Shown here: positions 59,057 through 64,000 of the stretch, piece by piece | Position numbering within the stretch: position 1 is the first letter of the stretch | Layout of the letters: each line of letters begins with the position of its first letter | Source of the DNA: Candidatus Latescibacterota bacterium | GTDB taxonomy: Bacteria > Latescibacterota > UBA2968 > UBA8231 | DNA length: 64,000 bases | Direction: 5' to 3' | NCBI GenBank assembly: GCA_965223905.1 | Contig: CBDCXV010000001.1 | Span: forward strand, 1,184,001 to 1,248,000 | Program-made: the position numbers and the translations under genes | The notes under the pieces: model-generated | What the model was told of the DNA's origin: nothing | Databases searched by the model: none | The model's input: only the letters and a program-made list of their open reading frames with translations

Positions 59057-59401
59057 TCATCCAGTGAGAAGGACCGTCAGCTTTTCCATGACTTCCCCCA
59101 CCACCTGCGCCGGGGCTCGACACCCGAAGCCGGTTCGTCGGGCCCGCCAGTCCAGGCTCTTGACCTGGTCGGCCAGGACGACACCGGTAACGAGACTGGC
59201 GGATGGGAGGGAAACCTCGAAGGGGTAGCCCTTGACCCTGGAAGTGATGGGGCAGCATAGCGCCAGAGAGGTTTTCTCGTTGTAGCTCTGCGGACTCAGA
59301 ACAAGAGCAGGCCGACGCCCGGCCTGTTCATGTCCAGCCTGGAGAGTGAAGGCAAGCCAGACAATGTCCCCCCTGCCCGGGACATATCCCCGCTCTACCA
59401 T
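59057..59401 (-). CDS. mazF: MazF endoribonuclease toxin
   Basis: 'YVPGRGDIVWL', 'GHEQAGRRPALVLSP..YN', 'CPITS..KGYPFEV' and 'LADQVKSLDWRAR'. Confidence 0.93.
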   Translation of the reverse strand: MVERGYVPGRGDIVWLAFTLQAGHEQAGRRPALVLSPQSYNEKTSLALCCPITSRVKGYPFEVSLPSASLVTGVVLADQVKSLDWRARRTGFGCRAPAQVVGEVMEKLTVLLTG

Positions 59402-59634
59402 GCCTCGTTGCCCTGGGCGGGGCCGGTGTCCGCCTCGGGATGGAGATTGTCCTCCGTCACCTGGTCCAGCATGTCGTCCAGGTTATAGGTCTTCTTGCGC
59501 ATCACGACCTGGTCGCCCTGCGAGATCATCTCGATGGAAGAGCCTTCCTGAACGCCCCATTGCTCGGCGATCGGCTTGGGGATGCGCACCGCCAGGCTGG
59601 TGCCCCATTTGGCGATATGGGATTTCGCTCCCAT
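59395..59634 (-). CDS. mazE: MazE (AbrB-fold) antitoxin
   Basis: 'KWGTSLAVRIP' and 'NLHPEADTGPAQGNEAW'; overlaps mazF. Confidence 0.92.
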   Translation of the reverse strand: MGAKSHIAKWGTSLAVRIPKPIAEQWGVQEGSSIEMISQGDQVVMRKKTYNLDDMLDQVTEDNLHPEADTGPAQGNEAW

Positions 59635-59972
59635 TGGAATACCTCCCGATCTTCATTTGGTGACTTTCATATATATAAAATATATCTCCATTGTTTCTGA
59701 AGGACAGCCAAAGCTGAGATCCGTCTGGTGAGCCGGCCAGAGCATTGGAGGGCAGACTGGCACTGACCGCAGTAACGGCTGTCACGGAACATCCCGTGGC
59801 GTCTTCGGCCGGGGCATCCCCGTTTGCCGGGTGCCTGAGCGCGGGCAAAACGGCCGCCTTTCCATATCAAGTCCATTTCCTGGTGTAGCGTCCTACGGAT
59901 AACATGAAAACCGGCGCTGAGACGGGAAAGATCCGCGCCGGAAAAATTGCAAGGGATTCCTGGGACGCGACA

Positions 59973-60770
59973 CTATACCCGCCCCTCGAACTCCCGCCCC
60001 CGGACCAGCATGAAGCGAAACTCGCCGGGCGGCTTCCCGCACTCCATCATCAGGCGCTGATCCTCGTTCCCGCTGCCGAGGTACATGGTCTCGGATCGGA
60101 TGTAGTGGAGGGCCAGGCCGCGCCGCCGGTCGGGGGTGGAGTTGGCGCCGGTGCGGTGGAAGTTGAGACCGTGGTGGAACAGGCAGGAGCCGGCCTGCAA
60201 TTCCACCGGAACCGGTTCGGGGAGCAGGGGATCGTCGAGGAAGCGGGCTTTCCGCTCCGGGGTGATCGGCCCCCACTTGTGGCTTCCCGGCAGCACCGTC
60301 ATGCAGCCGTTTTCCACCGTGGCGTCGTCGAGGGCGACCCAGCATGAGACGTGGTCCTGCGGTGCGAACTGGGGCCAGGCCACCGAGTCCTGGTGCCAGT
60401 CGGTGACGGTGCCGTGATAGCGGGCCTTCATCATCAACTGGTCGCAGTAGAGCTTGATGTTGGGCCCCAGCAGCTCCTCGATGACGTCGACGATGGCCTC
60501 CTTGCGGGCGGCTGCTTCGAACAAGGGGTCGAAATAGCACAGGTGGGTCATCTTGCGCACCTGGTCGAGGCGGTCGACGCCGTCGCCGTCCTCCTGGCGG
60601 AAGGCGGCTTCAAGCTGGATGTAGCGCGGGGGGACGTGATCCGCTTCGCCCCGGGCTATCTCCTCGCTGCGCCGGCGCAGGTCACCGAGTTCGCCGTCGG
60701 AGAGGACGCGGTCGAAGGGCAGGTAGCCCTGTTCCTCGAAATGGGTTTTCTGCGCCTGGGTCAGGGTCAT
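59973..60770 (-). CDS. Phytanoyl-CoA dioxygenase family (PhyH) protein
   Basis: 'WHQD', 'WVALDDATVENGCM.VLPGSH' and 'H...HRTGANSTPDRRR'. Confidence 0.92.
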   Translation of the reverse strand: MTLTQAQKTHFEEQGYLPFDRVLSDGELGDLRRRSEEIARGEADHVPPRYIQLEAAFRQEDGDGVDRLDQVRKMTHLCYFDPLFEAAARKEAIVDVIEELLGPNIKLYCDQLMMKARYHGTVTDWHQDSVAWPQFAPQDHVSCWVALDDATVENGCMTVLPGSHKWGPITPERKARFLDDPLLPEPVPVELQAGSCLFHHGLNFHRTGANSTPDRRRGLALHYIRSETMYLGSGNEDQRLMMECGKPPGEFRFMLVRGREFEGRV

Positions 60771-60772
60771 AA

Positions 60773-61801
60773 TTATTCCCTCGGGAGTGGCAGGTCTATT
60801 CTCGCGTTGTCCCGGGCCTGGGACTGCAGGGCCGCGAGCATGATTTCCAGGGTGTCGCGGGCCCGCCGCGGGGGCGAGCTGCTCACCGCCGTCCCTTCGA
60901 TCATCTCCGCCAGCTCCTCTACCGCGGGGATGAGGGCGGCGCCGAAGGGGTCGGGGTAGGCGGCGCCGGTGTCGGAGGAGACCGGGATCAGGTTCCCCTG
61001 GGACTCCGAGGTGGTCCAGACCTGGCAGTGCTGGTCGCTGACCACGATGCGCCCGTTCGGCCCCTGCAGGTCGTACTCGGAAAACTGCGGCGTCAGCTTG
61101 GCGCTGTTGACCAGGGCGCGGACCCCGTTGGCGAATTCGACGATCAGGGTCGAGCCCGGGTCGTACTGCGGATCCCTGCCTCCCTTGCCGTCGTACACCA
61201 GGCCGTACTCCTCGAAGCCGCGTTCGTGGGCGGCGATCACCCAGACGGGGTCCGCCTCGGCATAGTAGCAGACCGCGTCGACGATGTGGGTGCCGTTGCG
61301 GAAGAGCATGGAGCGCCGGCCCCCCATGTGGGCGACGATGCGGGTCAGGGGGCCCAGGGCGCCGTCGCGCACGGCCCGGCGCATCTCCCGGTAGCGGGGA
61401 ATCCAGCTGCGGGTGTGGTCGACGGACATGCAGGTGCCGTTGCCCTCCACCGTGGCGATCATGCGGTCGGCGTCCTCCAGGGTGGTGGCCAGCGGTTTTT
61501 CGCAGAAGATCCCCCTGACGCCGGCCTCCGAGGCATCGCAGGTCGCCCCGGCGTGCAGGTGATCTGGGGTGGCGACGCTGACCACGTCGAGGTTTTCCCG
61601 CTCCAGCATGAGGCAGTAGTCGGTGTATTCGCCGATGCTGCCCGCGGGAATTTCCGCCCGCTCGTAAAACCGCGGCATGACACCGGGGTCGATGTCGCAG
61701 ACGGCGGCCAGGTCGTACCGGGGGGAACGGGCGTAGGCGTAGGCGTGGGAGCCGCCGAGGCCGCCGCCGATTACCGCGGCGCGCAAGGTGTCGTCGCTCA
61801 T
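60773..61801 (-). CDS. Gfo/Idh/MocA oxidoreductase
   Basis: 'AVIGGG', 'DVVSVATPDHLH', 'CEKPL' and 'GTH..D'. Confidence 0.92.
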   Translation of the reverse strand: MSDDTLRAAVIGGGLGGSHAYAYARSPRYDLAAVCDIDPGVMPRFYERAEIPAGSIGEYTDYCLMLERENLDVVSVATPDHLHAGATCDASEAGVRGIFCEKPLATTLEDADRMIATVEGNGTCMSVDHTRSWIPRYREMRRAVRDGALGPLTRIVAHMGGRRSMLFRNGTHIVDAVCYYAEADPVWVIAAHERGFEEYGLVYDGKGGRDPQYDPGSTLIVEFANGVRALVNSAKLTPQFSEYDLQGPNGRIVVSDQHCQVWTTSESQGNLIPVSSDTGAAYPDPFGAALIPAVEELAEMIEGTAVSSSPPRRARDTLEIMLAALQSQARDNARIDLPLPRE

Positions 61802-62015
61802 GTCATCTCCTTTTCAGCGATTTGGGGATTTCTCCGCCGGCAGGTCGGGAATGCCTACCCCCGGTCGCGTTGACCTGTGGCGCGAAAGGCCCGCGTGCCG
61901 GCAGAGCTCCGGGGGTTCCTCCGCTGGCAGGCAGGACATGCCCCGGCGGCGTTGGCCAGGTGAGTCAAAGGCCCGCGCGCCGGCGGCTCCGGGGGATTCG
62001 GCTGACAAACCCCCC

Positions 62016-63377
62016 TCAGACGATGCCGAAGGCGAGCATGGCGTCGGCGACTTTGCGGAAGCCGGCGATGTTGGCCCCGGCGAGGTAGTCGATGTTCCCC
62101 TCCTCGCCCCGGCCGTGCTCGGCGCAGCGGGCGTGGATGTCGCTCATTATCTGCTCGAGTTGCCGCTCCATGTCCTCCAGGGTCCACGAGAGTCGGGCGG
62201 AGTTCTGGCTCATCTCGAGACCGGAGACGGCGACGCCGCCGGCGTTGGCCGCCTTGGCCGGTCCGAACAGCACCCCGGCCTCCCGGAACAGCTCGACGGC
62301 GTCCGACTCGCTCGGCATGTTGGCCCCCTCGCAGACGGCGCGCACGCCGTTGCCGATCAGTGTCTGGGCGTCCTCCGCCGACACCTCGTTCTGGGTGGCG
62401 CAGGGCAGGGCTACGTCGCAGGGCACGCCCCAGGGGCGGGCCCCGGCGTGGTAGGCGACGCCGGGGTATGCGTCGGCGTATTCCGAGATGCGACCGCGGC
62501 GGACCTCCTTGAGGTCCTTGAGGAAGTCGAGCTTCTCCTCGCCGATGCCGTCCGGGTCGTGCACGAACCCTGCTGAATCGGACAGGGTCTGCACCCGGCC
62601 CCCGAGCTGGATCAGCTTCTCCGCGGCGTGCAGCGAGACGTTGCCCGAACCGGAGATGTTGGCGCGCAGCCCCTCCATCCCCTCGCCGGCCTCGGCGAGC
62701 ATGTGCGACAGGAAAAGCACCGCCCCGTACCCGGTCGCCTCGCTGCGGATCAGGCTGCCCCCGAACTCGAGCCCCTTGCCGGTGAGCACCCCCTCGAAGG
62801 CCCCGGTGATGCGCTTGTACTGGCCGAACATGAAGCCGATCTCGCGCGCCCCGACGCCGATGTCGCCGGCGGGCACGTCGACGTGGGAACCGACGTGGCG
62901 GTAGAGCTCGGTGGTGAAGGCCTGGCAGAAGCGCATCACCTCGCCGTCCGACTTCCCCTTGGGATTGAAGTTGGCGCCCCCCTTGCCGGCCCCCATCGGC
63001 AGGCCGGTCAGGCTGTTCTTGAAGGTCTGTTCGAAGGCGAGGAACTTGAGCACGCTCGGGGTCACCGTGTGCGAGAAGCGCAGTCCCCCCTTGTAGGGGC
63101 CTATGGCGTTGTTCATCTGCACGCGGTAGCCGCGGTTGACGCGGATCTCGCCGGCGTCGTCCTGCCAGGAGACGCGGAAGGAGACGGTCCGGTCCGGCTC
63201 GGTCATGCGCTCGAGGATCCGGTACTCCCGGTAGACGGGGTGGCGGTCGATGTAGGGCAGCAGCGCTTCGGCCACCTCGCGGACCGCCTGGTGAAACTCC
63301 ACCTCGCCCGGGTTGCGGATCGCCAGGCCGTCCATGAACCGGGCGAGCTCGGGATGGGGTTCTTTCCTGTCTGTCAT
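62016..63377 (-). CDS. gdhA: NADP-specific glutamate dehydrogenase
   Basis: 'EFHQAVREV', 'GPYKGGLRF', 'EQTFKNSLTGLPMGAGKGG', 'DVPAGDIGVG' and 'KAANAGGVAVSGLEMSQN'. Confidence 0.96.
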   Translation of the reverse strand: MTDRKEPHPELARFMDGLAIRNPGEVEFHQAVREVAEALLPYIDRHPVYREYRILERMTEPDRTVSFRVSWQDDAGEIRVNRGYRVQMNNAIGPYKGGLRFSHTVTPSVLKFLAFEQTFKNSLTGLPMGAGKGGANFNPKGKSDGEVMRFCQAFTTELYRHVGSHVDVPAGDIGVGAREIGFMFGQYKRITGAFEGVLTGKGLEFGGSLIRSEATGYGAVLFLSHMLAEAGEGMEGLRANISGSGNVSLHAAEKLIQLGGRVQTLSDSAGFVHDPDGIGEEKLDFLKDLKEVRRGRISEYADAYPGVAYHAGARPWGVPCDVALPCATQNEVSAEDAQTLIGNGVRAVCEGANMPSESDAVELFREAGVLFGPAKAANAGGVAVSGLEMSQNSARLSWTLEDMERQLEQIMSDIHARCAEHGRGEEGNIDYLAGANIAGFRKVADAMLAFGIV

Positions 63378-63439
63378 GTTCGCTTCCTCTCAGAGGGTTT
63401 GTCCCGGGAACGGGGATGAGGTCCCCGGGGCGGTGGACC

Positions 63440-63646
63440 CGTTACCGTATCGCCGTTCCCGGCGCCTTGCCCTTGTTGCCGAACCAGGTATTGAACGCCT
63501 GCGACCAGTGGGAGATCCCCCGGATGGCCGTGGTTCTTGCCGCAGTTGTTCGGACCGATGAGGACGGTCGGATGGCCCAGATCGATGCGCTCAGTTTCCC
63601 CGAAACGCTTGAAGTTGCGGATTTCCAGGTAGTGGAGAAGTCTCAT
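63440..63646 (-). pseudogene. N-terminal fragment of an AAA/ABC-type (OLD/AAA_15-like) ATPase
   Basis: MRLLHYLEIRNFKRFGETERIDLGHPTVLIGPNNCGK, then frameshift and truncation before gdhA. Confidence 0.7.
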
Positions 63647-64000
63647 GCAGGGAGTCCGGCCAGGCGCCGCAACCCGGCTTCGCGCGGCTCCTCGGCCCGG
63701 CGGAGGGCGATCTCGGGAACGTGCAGCTCCTGCAGCACCTCCGGCTCGGCGCGCACGAAGCCCTCGGCGTAGCCGACGCGAGCTGACCAGCCTGCGCTTC
63801 CCGCCCCGATTTCCACCCGCTTGCGCGCGAACTCGTCGAACTGGCCCTGGCTCTCGAACAGCGTTTCCGCCTCGATGCGCTTGTCGCGCCACTCCGTGAT
63901 GTCGACGTAGAAATCGATCTCGTTGAGGGTGAAGTAGGCGCCGAGGTAGTAGGTCACCGCGGTGGTATGGGGTCTTTCCCGGGTCTCGTAATTCGGCATC
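63643..64000 (-). CDS. PIG-L/LmbE-family deacetylase, C-terminal part (runs off window)
   Basis: 'DFYVDIT...KRIEA...FESQ' and 'YAEGF'. Confidence 0.65.
   Translation of the reverse strand, partial: MPNYETRERPHTTAVTYYLGAYFTLNEIDFYVDITEWRDKRIEAETLFESQGQFDEFARKRVEIGAGSAGWSARVGYAEGFVRAEPEVLQELHVPEIALRRAEEPREAGLRRLAGLPA

Noticed and set aside
61810-62015. REP-like short repeats (GCTCCGGGGG twice) after gdhA
   Set aside because: Too short and GC-rich to distinguish from chance or a terminator-like structure.

Overview
High-GC bacterial DNA. The gene content (PhyH, Gfo/Idh/MocA, CRTAC1/FG-GAP, Kelch, FlgD-type C-terminal domains, a DUF6785/6784 transporter, a C-terminal 'WGxVK' tail) suggests a Latescibacterota/Poribacteria-like diderm, possibly a host symbiont; this is inference only. 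All family names come from motif recognition, not database searches. The centre (about 19.7-45.8 kb, minus strand) is a cluster of exported proteins. It holds three ~950-990 aa paralogues that look like outer-membrane beta-barrels with Asp/Asn-rich Ca-binding-like loops, three paralogous secreted proteins ending in a '(T/S)PNGDGxND...Y-stop' FlgD/T9SS-type-B-like domain, a SurA-like parvulin PPIase, an inner-membrane DUF6785/6784 transporter, a 1639-aa GH42-like enzyme and a CBM9-like protein with its own promoter and terminator. This is my best candidate for an undescribed surface-export or nutrient-capture system. The flanks carry small enzymes, two toxin-antitoxin pairs (DUF4160/DUF2442 and mazEF) and gdhA. 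They also show heavy decay: an intact ISKra4 splitting an SDR gene; IS110, IS3, IS66, IS4, ISAzo13 and ISL3 remnants; an IS66-derived MITE; tandem MITEs with NrdR-box-like motifs; and many truncated or scrambled genes with short exact copies of nearby sequence. I saw no rRNA, tRNA, CRISPR array or reverse transcriptase.
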